Shown in pieces: positions 42,070 to 52,368 of a DNA stretch of 64,000 nt. The stretch is from Microcoleus sp. Lineage in GTDB: Bacteria > Cyanobacteriota > Cyanobacteriia > Cyanobacteriales > Microcoleaceae. How positions within the stretch are numbered: the stretch's first letter is position 1; the number at the start of each line of letters is the position of its first letter. A program made the translations under genes and the position numbers. The stretch spans positions 2,112,001 to 2,176,000 of the forward strand of contig CP181291.1 of the NCBI GenBank assembly GCA_052279835.1. The letters are read 5' to 3'. The notes beneath the pieces were generated by a model that did not search any database, was not told the DNA's origin, and saw only the letters and a list, made by a program, of their open reading frames with translations.

Positions 42070-43503
42070 GTGGATATTATTACAAATTCAAAAAAAAACC
42101 ATCAAGGCAATATTTTAGTAGTTGACGATACCCCAGAAAACCTGCATCTTCTGTCAGGAATTTTAAGCAAAAAAGGCTATCAAGTTCGCCCCGTTCCCAG
42201 CGGCAAACTCGCACTTTCGGCCGCTCAGAGAATACCCCCAGATTTGGTGTTGCTGGATATTATGATGCCAGAGATGGACGGCTATGAAGTGTGTCAGCAA
42301 CTGAAAGCTGAGGAGGCAACAAAAGACATTCCGGTTATTTTCATCAGTGCGATTAACGACGTGATGGATAAAGTTAAAGCTTTTGCCGTGGGCGGAGTAG
42401 ATTTCATCACTAAACCCTTTCAACTGGAAGAAGTTTTAGCCCGCATTGAAACTCATTTAAAAATTTGTTCTCTGCAAAACAGTTTGCAAGAAAGAAATGA
42501 AGATTTAGCAACTGCGATCCAACAACTGCAAGCAACCCAAGAGCATTTGATTCAATCGGAAAAGATGGCTGCCCTCGGACAACTGATTGCGGGCATTGCC
42601 CACGAAATCAATACTCCCCTAGGCATCATCGGTTCTTCTATTGATAACATTGCTAATTTTTGGGAAACAAATTTAGAAAATTTACCCAAATTTTTCCAAG
42701 AAATTTCTTCAGAAAGCCAAGTTTATTTTTTAAACCTGCTGTACAGGTCTTCCATCGAGCGCGAAACTATATTTACCAGCAAGGAAAAAAGAAAATTCAA
42801 GCAGCACTTAGTAGGTTATTTGACCGAACACCAAGTAGAAAAGGCTGAAGAAATTGCCGACACCTTAGTTGATATGGAAATCTACGATGATATCGAACAG
42901 TTATTGCCACTTTTTCAACTCCCCGATTGGGAAAAAGTTTTAAATACTGCCTATCAATTTACCAGCTTTAAAAAAAGTATTAGTTTAATCCAAAGAGCGA
43001 CAGCGAAGTCGGGAAAAGTAGTATTTGCTTTGAAAAGTTATGCTCATTTTGATATTAAGCAAGAAAAAATAGAAGCAAATTTACATGAGGGGATTGAAAC
43101 GGTTTTAACCCTTTATCAAAATCAACTGAAACAGGGGATAGAAGTTGTGAGAAAATATGGCGATTTACCCAAAATCGTTTGCTATCCAGATGAGTTAAAT
43201 CAAGTTTGGACCAATCTAGTTCACAATGCTCTGCAAGCCATGAGTTATAAAGGGAATTTGACTATTGAAACTATGTGTCACGATGGTAGTATTTTGATAA
43301 AATTTATTGATAATGGCAAAGGTATTCCCCCGGAAATTCTTCCCAAAATTTTTCAGCCTTTTTTTACGACGAAAGCTGCGGGGGAAGGTAGCGGTTTGGG
43401 ATTAGATATCGTCAGAAAAATTATTGAGAAACATCAGGGAGAGGTTAGTGTAGAGTCCGTACCGGGGGAGACTATATTTACAGTATCGTTACCAATATAT
43501 TAA
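42070..43503 (+). CDS. Hybrid histidine kinase (REC-HisKA-HATPase)
   Basis: VVDDTPEN, LLDIMMP, AGIAHEINTP, NQVWTNLVHNA, PFFTTK..GEGSGLGL. Confidence 0.9.
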   Translation: MDIITNSKKNHQGNILVVDDTPENLHLLSGILSKKGYQVRPVPSGKLALSAAQRIPPDLVLLDIMMPEMDGYEVCQQLKAEEATKDIPVIFISAINDVMDKVKAFAVGGVDFITKPFQLEEVLARIETHLKICSLQNSLQERNEDLATAIQQLQATQEHLIQSEKMAALGQLIAGIAHEINTPLGIIGSSIDNIANFWETNLENLPKFFQEISSESQVYFLNLLYRSSIERETIFTSKEKRKFKQHLVGYLTEHQVEKAEEIADTLVDMEIYDDIEQLLPLFQLPDWEKVLNTAYQFTSFKKSISLIQRATAKSGKVVFALKSYAHFDIKQEKIEANLHEGIETVLTLYQNQLKQGIEVVRKYGDLPKIVCYPDELNQVWTNLVHNALQAMSYKGNLTIETMCHDGSILIKFIDNGKGIPPEILPKIFQPFFTTKAAGEGSGLGLDIVRKIIEKHQGEVSVESVPGETIFTVSLPIY

Positions 43504-43610
43504 AATAAGAGGGATGAGGGCTAGGCTGATGCCGGTCGGGAATCAATCAGGTGCATTGAAACTAAGCCGGGATACAGCGACTAAAATGAAAGCACAGAGG
43601 AGACAAAAAG

Positions 43611-44003
43611 ATGAGTAAACCTGTAATTGTTTGTGTTGACGATGAGGCTGATATCTTGAATACTCTGAAGATGCAGCTTAAAAATGAATTTAAAGATAAT
43701 TACTTTTACGAACTAGCTGAAAGTGGTGATGAAGCTTTAGAAGTAATTGAAGCTTTTCAGGGAGAAGAGCAGGTGATCGTGGTGGTTTCGGATTGGTTGA
43801 TGCCTGGAATTAAAGGGGACGAACTTTTAATGAGAATTCACGAAAAACATCCTAAAATTGTGAAGGTGATGTTGACGGGGCAAGCAGATCCAGCAGCAGT
43901 TCAGCGGGCTGTTGAACACGCTGATTTATATTGTTGTTTATACAAACCTTGGAAAGGGGAAGATTTGATAAAAACTATCAAGTCAGGGCTGGCTAAGTTA
44001 TGA
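43611..44003 (+). CDS. Single-domain response regulator
   Basis: VCVDDE, VVSDWLMP, MLTGQA, KPW. Confidence 0.92.
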   Translation: MSKPVIVCVDDEADILNTLKMQLKNEFKDNYFYELAESGDEALEVIEAFQGEEQVIVVVSDWLMPGIKGDELLMRIHEKHPKIVKVMLTGQADPAAVQRAVEHADLYCCLYKPWKGEDLIKTIKSGLAKL

Positions 44004-46618
44004 AAAAACCTGTGATTGTTTGTATAGATGACGAACCTGATGTTTTGAACAGTTTAAAAATCGAACTGAAAAAGGCGATCGGCCATCAATGTATTATTGA
44101 AACGGCGGAAGGAGGTGAAGATGCTTTAGAATTGCTGGCAGATTTGCAAGCAGATGAATACGAAATAGCTTTAGTGCTTTCAGATTACATCATGCCGGAT
44201 ATTAAGGGAGATGAACTGCTGAAGCGAATTCACGAACGCTCCCCTGATACCCTGACAATTATGCTGACTGGTCAAGCAGATTTGGAAGCTCTTAGCAATG
44301 CTATTAAGTATGCTAAGTTGTATCGCTATATCCCTAAGCCTTGGCTAAATGAAGATTTGAAGTTGACAGTGGTAGAAGCAGTTCACAGTTACTTGCAAGA
44401 CCAAAAGTTAACAGACGAAATTTTCAAGCGGCAAGAAGCCAATTTGGAGTTAAAGAGAGTAAATGAGGCTTTATCTGCTAGTGAAAGCCAACTCAATCAA
44501 TTTTTAGAAGCTTTGCCCGTGGGGGTATCTGTTTATAATGCTGATGGATCGATCGCCTATTTTAATCGCACGGCGAGGGAATTGTTGGGTGCAGATACTA
44601 TCCCAGAAAGTAGGGCGGAACAATTAGCAGCGACTTATCAACTGTATGTGGCCAATAGCGATCGGCTATATCCCCCTGATAACCTCCCCATTTTGCGGGC
44701 TCTGGGAGGAGAATTTGTCAGGGTTGATGACGTAGAAATCCGCCAAAAGGACAAGACGGTGGCACTGGAAATCAGCACTACACCAATTTTTGACATCAAC
44801 GGCAATATTTCCTATGCGATCGCCACTTTTCAAGATATTAGCGATCGCAAACAAGCAGAAAAAGTCGTAGCAGAGTACCAGCGCACCTTAGAATCACAAA
44901 TTCAGGAACGAACAGAACAACTACAACAAGCAAAAGAAGCAGCCGAAGCAGCAAACATAGCTAAAAGTACCTTTTTAGCCAACATGAGTCACGAGTTACG
45001 AACTCCCCTCAATGCCATACTTGGATTCGCCCAAATCATGGAACCAAGTCCCAATCTCACCCGCGAAAACCGAGACAATCTCAGAATTATTCACCGCAGT
45101 GGCGAACATTTACTGACTCTGATCAACCAAGCCTTAGACTTATCCAAAATTGAAGCCGGGAGGATGTCGATCGAAGCTACAAGTTTTGACCTTTACAGAC
45201 TCCTAGAAGAGTTGGAAGATATGTTCCAACTCCGAGCAGAAAATCAAGAAGTGAACTTAATATTTGAACGCTCTCCCCAGGTGCCCCAGTACATAAAAAC
45301 CGATCAAATAAAATTGAGGCAAGTCCTGATTAATCTCCTGAGCAATGCAATTAAATTCACCCAAATTGGTCGCGTTGTAGTCAGAGTTAAGCGACTGGAA
45401 GAAGGACAACCAAGTCAAACAAAATATGCAAGTGATAGGGTTGGGGGAAATCTAATTAATCCTGAATTAAGCCCCATAAATACTGCTAGTATATTTACTC
45501 AAAATAGCCCGGAGGAAAATCCAAAACAGACAGGAACAGCTAGTGAGAGTAGGCATAATTCTATTTGTTTTCTTCTGTTTGAGGTAGAAGATACAGGAGT
45601 GGGAATTTCTCCCGAAGACTTAGGCAATATTTTTACAGCTTTTGTACAAACCGCATCAGGTCAGAAAACCCAAAAAGGCACAGGCTTAGGATTAACTATT
45701 AGCCGCCAATTTGTACGACTTATGGGTGGCGACATTACCGTAGAAAGTGAACTGGAACGAGGTTCTATTTTTAAATTCGAGATTCCCGTCCATCAAGTTG
45801 AAGCCTCAGCGATTCCGGCTGCGAAAATCAACTACGAAGTTATTGGCTTGCAGCCCAATCAACCTCAATATCGGATTTTAATTGTGGACGATGGGGAAGA
45901 CAATCGTCAACTATTAATCAAAATGCTTTCTCCCTTGGGTTTTGCACTGCAAGAAGCCTGTCATGGCATGGAAGCATTAGAAATCTGGGAAACTTGGCAA
46001 CCACATTTGATTTTCATCGATTTGCGAATGCCGGTGATGGACGGTTATGAAGCTACGAGAGAAATTAGAGCCAGAATCCAGCAAAGAACAGAAGGACTAC
46101 CAGGGGCGGTGGAGATAAATGTGGAAAGTAATATCTTGACTCCAGAATTACCCATTCCGAAGATTATTGCCTTAACAGCTAGTACAATAGAAGAAAGACG
46201 CTCCTTTGCTTTATTGGTTGGCTGTGATGACTTTATCAACAAACCTTTCCGTAAAGTAGATATATTGGATAGCCTCAATCAACATTTGGGCATAGAGTAT
46301 ATTTATCGCTCAACTGGTTCGAGTCTAAGTGGAAATGATGAAATCGGCGAGGGAAATATTCTTTCTGATTCAGCAGGCAGTTTTGCCCCTGCTTCTGCGC
46401 CCAAACTGCCTGCTGAATGGATAGATAATATGAAGCAGGTCATCCGCAGTGCCGACTTGGATTTAATTGCTAGCACCATCGAGGAAATTAGGATGATTCG
46501 TCCTGAATTTGCCGATATTCTTCAACATCATCTAGATAATTTTGATTATCAGAAAATATTTAATTTAATTAGTGAGGAAGAGGAATCACAAAATGCCGAT
46601 GAATCCAGACAAAACTGA
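44000..46618 (+). CDS. Hybrid histidine kinase (REC-PAS-HisKA-HATPase-REC)
   Basis: CIDDE/LSDYIMP receiver, FLANMSHELRTPLN, GTGLGL, IFIDLRMP; ATGA overlap with the upstream gene. Confidence 0.9.
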   Translation: MKKPVIVCIDDEPDVLNSLKIELKKAIGHQCIIETAEGGEDALELLADLQADEYEIALVLSDYIMPDIKGDELLKRIHERSPDTLTIMLTGQADLEALSNAIKYAKLYRYIPKPWLNEDLKLTVVEAVHSYLQDQKLTDEIFKRQEANLELKRVNEALSASESQLNQFLEALPVGVSVYNADGSIAYFNRTARELLGADTIPESRAEQLAATYQLYVANSDRLYPPDNLPILRALGGEFVRVDDVEIRQKDKTVALEISTTPIFDINGNISYAIATFQDISDRKQAEKVVAEYQRTLESQIQERTEQLQQAKEAAEAANIAKSTFLANMSHELRTPLNAILGFAQIMEPSPNLTRENRDNLRIIHRSGEHLLTLINQALDLSKIEAGRMSIEATSFDLYRLLEELEDMFQLRAENQEVNLIFERSPQVPQYIKTDQIKLRQVLINLLSNAIKFTQIGRVVVRVKRLEEGQPSQTKYASDRVGGNLINPELSPINTASIFTQNSPEENPKQTGTASESRHNSICFLLFEVEDTGVGISPEDLGNIFTAFVQTASGQKTQKGTGLGLTISRQFVRLMGGDITVESELERGSIFKFEIPVHQVEASAIPAAKINYEVIGLQPNQPQYRILIVDDGEDNRQLLIKMLSPLGFALQEACHGMEALEIWETWQPHLIFIDLRMPVMDGYEATREIRARIQQRTEGLPGAVEINVESNILTPELPIPKIIALTASTIEERRSFALLVGCDDFINKPFRKVDILDSLNQHLGIEYIYRSTGSSLSGNDEIGEGNILSDSAGSFAPASAPKLPAEWIDNMKQVIRSADLDLIASTIEEIRMIRPEFADILQHHLDNFDYQKIFNLISEEEESQNADESRQN

Positions 46619-48242
46619 TCGTTATCAAGCCGATATTTTAGTAGTTGACGATACCCCAGACAACCTGCGTTTGTTGATTAGAATTTTGCAAAAACAGGGG
46701 TACAAAGTTAGACCTGTAACTAACGGTTTTTCGGCTTTAGAGGCTATTCAATCTAGCCAGCCAGATTTGATTTTATTAGATATTATGATGCCGGATATTA
46801 GCGGTTATGAAATATGTCAACAATTGAAATCTAGCCCGGATTTCAATGAAATTCCTATTATTTTTCTTAGTGCCCTTGAAGATGGATTAAATAAAGCCAA
46901 AGCGTTTGAAATTGGTGGTTCCGACTATATCACAAAACCTTTCCAAGTGAAAGAAGTATTGGCGCGAGTTAACAATCAACTGATTGTCCGTTCCTTGCAG
47001 ATGCAGTTGCAAGCAAAAAATCATAAATTGACCGAACAAAACGACCAATTGCAAGAGGAAATTATCGAACGTAAACGGGTTGAAGCAGAAACTTCTTTGT
47101 TATTGAAAGCTACTCAAGCTATTAGCAAAGCCGAGGATTTTGAATCGGCAATTGATGTAATTTTAAGGTTAATTTGCGAAACAATCAAATGGAATTTGGC
47201 GGAAGCTTGGATTCCAGATAATGATGGTCAAATTTTAAAATGTGCTAGAGGTATGTATGCTAGTGATTTGAGTTTTGTGGAATTCCGAAAAACGAGTTTT
47301 CCTTTAACTTTTGCCCCTGGTGTGGGAATGCCTGGTCGGATTTTCCTATCCCAGCAGCCGGAATGGATTGAGGATGTTTCTCAAGTTGAATCAGAAGTTT
47401 TTATGCGTTTTCAAATTGCCGGAAATGTTGGTTTAAAAGCTGCCTTCGGTTTTCCGATTTTGGCTGACGATCAAGTGTTAGCGGTGATAATTTTTTATTG
47501 TGACAAGAGTCTTGAATGTCAGCCGCGATTGTGGGAATTATTTAGTGCGGTTGCGACTCAGCTAGGTGCGTTGATTAAGCGCAAGCAAGCTGAGGAAGCG
47601 CTGAGATTGGAGCAAAAACAAACAGAGAGATTGCTGCTGAATATTTTGCCAAAACCCATCGCCCTCCGCTTGCAAAAGGAACAAAAACTGATTGCCGATC
47701 ATTTTGATGAAGTGAGCGTTTTGTTTGCGGATTTGGTGGGTTTTACGGAGTTTTCTGCCCACAAAAGTCCGACGCAGTTGGTAGAAATTTTGAATGGAAT
47801 TTTTTGTGAGTTTGATAGGTTGTCGGAGTCGCGCGGATTGGAAAAGATTAAGACTATTGGGGATGCTTACATGGTGGTGGGCGGTTTACCAACACCGCGA
47901 GAGGATCATGGGGAGGCGATCGCCTTTTTAGCCCTAGAGATGCAAGCGGCTTTGACTCAGTTTAATCTGAAAACCGGAGAAAATTTTGAGTTACGCATCG
48001 GCATACACAGCGGTTCGGTGGTGGCAGGAATTATTGGAATTAGCAAATTTAGCTATGATTTGTGGGGTGACACTGTTAATGTTGCTTCGCGGATGGAGTC
48101 CAATGGAATGTCAGGTAAAATTCAAGTGACGGTGGCAACTCATGAGCTTTTGAAAGATAAATTTGTTTTAGAAGAAAGGGGGATGACTGAGATTAAAGGC
48201 AAAGGGAAAATGTTGACTTACTGGTTGCTAGACAAGTGCTAA
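46593..48242 (+). CDS. Class III adenylate cyclase (REC-GAF-CYC)
   Basis: VLFADLVGFT, EKIKTIGDAYM, YDLWGDTVNVASRMES (K/D pair indicating ATP specificity). Confidence 0.9.
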   Translation: MPMNPDKTDRYQADILVVDDTPDNLRLLIRILQKQGYKVRPVTNGFSALEAIQSSQPDLILLDIMMPDISGYEICQQLKSSPDFNEIPIIFLSALEDGLNKAKAFEIGGSDYITKPFQVKEVLARVNNQLIVRSLQMQLQAKNHKLTEQNDQLQEEIIERKRVEAETSLLLKATQAISKAEDFESAIDVILRLICETIKWNLAEAWIPDNDGQILKCARGMYASDLSFVEFRKTSFPLTFAPGVGMPGRIFLSQQPEWIEDVSQVESEVFMRFQIAGNVGLKAAFGFPILADDQVLAVIIFYCDKSLECQPRLWELFSAVATQLGALIKRKQAEEALRLEQKQTERLLLNILPKPIALRLQKEQKLIADHFDEVSVLFADLVGFTEFSAHKSPTQLVEILNGIFCEFDRLSESRGLEKIKTIGDAYMVVGGLPTPREDHGEAIAFLALEMQAALTQFNLKTGENFELRIGIHSGSVVAGIIGISKFSYDLWGDTVNVASRMESNGMSGKIQVTVATHELLKDKFVLEERGMTEIKGKGKMLTYWLLDKC

Positions 48243-48306
48243 AATATAAGTGATTAATTTTTTTAAGTAAAGATCTATTAATATTAAGATTAGATTCAAC
48301 TTCCGC

Positions 48307-48840
48307 TTGATGAGGGCTAATAATTTGCAAACCGTTGACACAAAATCACCGACAGCATTAAAAAAAGTGCTAGTTATTTTAATGTCATTGCTAGGAGTAG
48401 CAATACTGTCGATCGCCATTTTTATAGCCATTCCCGGAGAAAAAACCATGTTTGCTGGAAAAAGACCTACCAATATCGGTATTCAGTCAGGAAAACTCGC
48501 ACCTTGTCCCACTTCCCCCAACTGTGTCAGCAGCTTTAGTCAAGATGCCGAACACAAAATTGAGCCTTTGACATACAATTCGACACCCACAGTCGCCATG
48601 GCAAATCTCAAAGGGGCGATCGCCTCCTTGGACAAAACTAAAATTATCGAACAAACAGATAATTACCTCTATGCGGAATTTACCAGTTCCTTGATGGGGT
48701 TCGTGGATGATGTAGAATTCTTGCTAGATGAATCAGCAAAAGTCATTCATGTGCGATCGGCTTCACGTCTAGGACAATCCGACTTGGGAGTCAATCGCAA
48801 ACGGATAGAAACCATCAGAAATCAACTAAATCAACTCTGA
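48307..48840 (+). CDS. DUF1499 domain-containing protein
   Basis: LAPCPTSPNCVSS, GFVDDVEF, IHVRSASRLGQSDLGVNRKRIE; start uncertain. Confidence 0.88.
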   Translation: MMRANNLQTVDTKSPTALKKVLVILMSLLGVAILSIAIFIAIPGEKTMFAGKRPTNIGIQSGKLAPCPTSPNCVSSFSQDAEHKIEPLTYNSTPTVAMANLKGAIASLDKTKIIEQTDNYLYAEFTSSLMGFVDDVEFLLDESAKVIHVRSASRLGQSDLGVNRKRIETIRNQLNQL

Positions 48841-48869
48841 ACTTCCAAGTTTTAATGGGAGATTTTGCC

Positions 48870-48942
48870 TAGGCGAAGCATGACCGCAGACAACTTATTA
48901 GTGATAACCAGAGATTTACAGCCGTCATGCTTCGCCCCTACG
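48870..48942. repeat. Dispersed inverted-repeat element
   Basis: ggcgaagcatgac ... gtcatgcttcgcc(cctac). Confidence 0.6.
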
Positions 48943-49161
48943 AATATATTTGCAAAACTGAGCTGCACCCCAAGTTTTAACTTTTCCCCAACCCCTCACC
49001 CATGAGGGGTTTTGCATAAAGTTGAGTGCGGTATTTCCCATACGCCACTGTATTCCTATAGTATTAAGTAGCTTAGATTCAACACTTCCGACTTTAGGGA
49101 GAGGGAAAATTACTAATAAATTCTTAGGATGAAGGTAATTAAAAGCATAGGAGAAAAAGAC

Positions 49162-50016
49162 ATGGCTCTTCAAAGAATAGAAGAATTTTATCCTAACTAT
49201 AGGGAAGAAATTTTTGCAGGAGACGACATCAAAGGCTTTGATGTTTATGCAGGTGACTCCGATGAAAAAATAGGGAGCATTTACGACGCTTTGGTTGATG
49301 AAACTGGTCGTTTTCGTTATTTAGTAATTGACACCGGGATCTGGATTTTTGGCAAAAAAGTCTTGCTGCCGATCGGCTCTGCTCGTTTCGACTACGGAGC
49401 CCGTCGTGTTTATGCAACCGGTCTTTTCAGCAAAGCTCAAGCAGAACAATTACCTGCTTATAATGAATTAGAGCCTGTAGATTACGATCGCGAAGAACAG
49501 GTAAGAGACGTATACCGTGGCACCACTGCGCCAGAAACCGCATCAGCCCTTTCTACTCCTAACTACGATCGCAGCAACTACAGCTACGATTTAGACCGTC
49601 CTCTGTACGAGACAAACGAACAGAATCATCAAACCCTCAAACTTTATGAAGAACGGTTAATTGCCAACAAAAACCGTGCCAAAACAGGGGAAGTAGCAGT
49701 CGGTAAGCGTGTAGAAACCGAAATTGCACGAGCCTCAGTACCCATCGAAAAAGAACGAGTTGTCATCGAGCGAGTAACACCCGTAGAAGCAGGTAGAGTA
49801 GTTTCAGTCGGTGCCGTTGACTTCCAATCCGGTGAAGTTGCACGCATGGAAGTTTACGAAGAAACCGCCGACATTCACAAAGAAGCTTACGTGCGCGAAG
49901 AAGTCAGCGTTAGAAAAGAAGTAGTTCGCAGCACGGTGGATGGTGAAGAAACTTTGCGCCGTGAAGAACTAGACATTAAGACAGATGGAACTCCGGTTGT
50001 AGATAACAAAATCTAA
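49162..50016 (+). CDS. PRC-barrel + DUF2382 (YsnF/AvaK) protein
   Basis: FRYLVIDTGIWIFGKKVLLPIG; LKLYEERLIANK.R.KTGEV.VGKRVETE; RBS aggag before ATG 49162. Confidence 0.88.
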   Translation: MALQRIEEFYPNYREEIFAGDDIKGFDVYAGDSDEKIGSIYDALVDETGRFRYLVIDTGIWIFGKKVLLPIGSARFDYGARRVYATGLFSKAQAEQLPAYNELEPVDYDREEQVRDVYRGTTAPETASALSTPNYDRSNYSYDLDRPLYETNEQNHQTLKLYEERLIANKNRAKTGEVAVGKRVETEIARASVPIEKERVVIERVTPVEAGRVVSVGAVDFQSGEVARMEVYEETADIHKEAYVREEVSVRKEVVRSTVDGEETLRREELDIKTDGTPVVDNKI

Positions 50017-50117
50017 ACCGCCCACTGCCTATTTTAGGGGGATAGATTTAGTCCCAAGTTGGTCTTTCTCAGACCAACTTGTCATCCTCTAAAAACCCCT
50101 AAAGGGTGTAATGGGGA

Positions 50118-50250
50118 ACCCCCCCTGCCCCCCCCAAGGGGGGATGGGAGAAGGTAATTGGGAATCGGGAATGGAGAATGGGGAATAACCAATTACCAAT
50201 TACCAATTCCCCATTACCAATTACCAATTACCTATTACCTATTACCAATT
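50118..50250. repeat. C-run/G-run palindrome followed by opposed heptamer arrays
   Basis: cccccctgccccccccaagggggga, then gggaat-type units, then attacca units. Confidence 0.8.
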
Positions 50251-50323
50251 CTAGATTGTACCTCATCTTTCACTCCCAAGGCTATATATAGCGTTTTTAA
50301 TGTAAATTAGGAAACTTTTAAAA

Positions 50324-51232
50324 ATGAACAACCAACCCTCAGTTGAAAAAACCCAACGTGCCAAGGGAACTACCCATTTCAACCGAGTTCCCGAAAAAGT
50401 GAGAACAAAACTTAAAACTTTTATAGTCAAAGATCGGGAGGGTGAGTTAGTAGGTAAAATCAAAGATGTCTATTTCGATAATAGTGGAAAACTAAATTTT
50501 TTAGTAGCCGGAAAGCAGGGGGAAAACCCACGGCTTGTTTTATTAAATATTAAGCAACTCAACACAGTAGATTATCAGGAAAAAATCCTGTTATTTAAAC
50601 TTAGCTTAGAGCAAATAGAGATGCTGCCACTAAAATCAGCTAATGACAGCCATGAGCATTTAGAAATCCCAGCCTCCCCAAACGTTCTCAGTCACAGCAA
50701 CCCAACTCCTCCCGTAGCAATTATGTCTAATGAAACCGATGCCGATGAGCGCCCCATCGAAAATCTGGAAAGCCCGGAAATTCACGAAGACTTAGATGGC
50801 GAAGATTTAGATGTTGTCGATCGAGAAATAATTCGCCTGCTAGAAGAACGATTGGTCATCAATCGCAGCAAGCGCAAAATTGGCGAAGTTATCGTCCGTA
50901 AAGAAATAGAAACTCGGATGGTACAAGTACCAATTCAGAGAGAAAAGTTGATTGTGGAACAAGTAGGTGACGATCCGAAGGTGCTGGCCGAAATAGATTT
51001 AGGTGAGGGACAAATCACCGGGATTGATTTGAGCGAAATTAATCATCACAAATCGTCACTACCAACAGTCAGCGCTGAATTTACATCGGTGCAAAAAGCT
51101 AGCAAAGTTTTAAATTTGATCGAATCCCAGCCTCGTCACGGCTGCGCCAAAGTCCGTCTAGAAATAGTTCTGGAAAATCAGGAGCTTGAGGAAACTTATC
51201 AAAAATTGATGGACAGCTATTCAGATAGTTGA
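50324..51232 (+). CDS. PRC-barrel/DUF2382 domain protein
   Basis: VKDREGELVGKIKDV; IIRLLEERLVINRSKRKIGEVIVRKEIET. Confidence 0.8.
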   Translation: MNNQPSVEKTQRAKGTTHFNRVPEKVRTKLKTFIVKDREGELVGKIKDVYFDNSGKLNFLVAGKQGENPRLVLLNIKQLNTVDYQEKILLFKLSLEQIEMLPLKSANDSHEHLEIPASPNVLSHSNPTPPVAIMSNETDADERPIENLESPEIHEDLDGEDLDVVDREIIRLLEERLVINRSKRKIGEVIVRKEIETRMVQVPIQREKLIVEQVGDDPKVLAEIDLGEGQITGIDLSEINHHKSSLPTVSAEFTSVQKASKVLNLIESQPRHGCAKVRLEIVLENQELEETYQKLMDSYSDS

Positions 51233-51415
51233 ACTAGGAAATCTGAGCTGGGGGCTAATTTGATAAATAAAGCTTAGAGGTTGGGTTGAGCGAGAAAACC
51301 CAACTTCCCATCAGGTTTTAGGAAAGTTTAACCGGAGGGACTAACTCTGCATTTTCGGAAAAATTGTTCCAAGTTGCGGTATAGTTGTGTTGGAAAAGTC
51401 TAAAAGTATTAGAAA

Positions 51416-51902
51416 ATGACCAGCACCATTTCCGACATTACAGTAAAAACGATCGCAGGCGCAGACAAACAGCTAGGAGAGTATGCTGGTAAGGTACTCT
51501 TGATCGTGAATTTAGCTTCCTACTGTGGCTATACGCCTCAATACAAAGGACTCGAAGAGTTGAATCAAAAGTACAGCGATGCGGGGTCTCCGGGTTTTAG
51601 GGTTTCCCTGCAACGACTTCGGTGCTCAGGAGCCTGGTACTAACTCAGAAATTGTCGAATTCTGCACTACAAAATACGGTGTCAGCTTTGAGCTTTTCGA
51701 CAAGGTACACGCTAAAGGTAGTCAACAACACCCGCTGTATGCTCAGCTTACCAGTTCTGTGGCTCCCAAGGGCGAGGTTTCTTGGAATTTTGAGAAATTT
51801 TTAGTCAGCAAACAAGGTGAAGTGGTTGCTAGATTTCGCAGCAGTGTAGGCCCGGAATCTCCAGAGTTGATTGCTGCAATTGAACAGGAATTGGCTAAAT
51901 AA
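51416..51902 (+). pseudogene. Glutathione peroxidase family protein, frameshifted as given (probably an error)
   Basis: [19 protein letters not shown], then [14 protein letters not shown] and WNFEKFL in another frame; extra G in gcggggtctc at about 51583-51586. Confidence 0.88.
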
Positions 51903-52020
51903 AGAAGAGGGAAGAAAGAAGAGGGAATAAAGAAGAGGGAAGAAGTTACTTTTTTTCGGTTTCTCATTTTCTGCCTTCTTTTTTCCCGCGGTTGATTAAA
52001 TACAATGGGAGAATTATTTA

Positions 52021-52134
52021 GTGGAAAATACATCTGGGTTAGATTTAGTTGTAGGTTTATTGGCGCTCGCCATTTTGGGTGGCGGACTCCTAATGCTGTT
52101 TTCCGGTATCTCCTCATTTCCTAAAGAGAAATAA
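52021..52134 (+). CDS. 37-aa single-pass membrane microprotein, absent from the ORF track
   Basis: MENTSGLDLVVGLLALAILGGGLLMLFSGISSFPKEK; GTG start 8 nt after gggaga; basic C-terminus. Confidence 0.6.
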   Translation: MENTSGLDLVVGLLALAILGGGLLMLFSGISSFPKEK

Positions 52135-52368
52135 AATATAACCGCAGTCAAAAGGATTGAGTTATTTGGGAAATGGGTGATAATTCGAGGTTAAGGGGAT
52201 GTGAAATAGCCTGCACCTAGTCAAAGGTTAAGAGTTGCGATCGCCAGTCTAGGCAATCCTAGGAAAATGTGATAATCTATGGGCTGCAATAGACTTTTCT
52301 CATCAAGATTGTGGAACGGGCATCGTGCCTGTTCTTAACAGGGTTATACTTCCTTCTTGCTTCTACTT

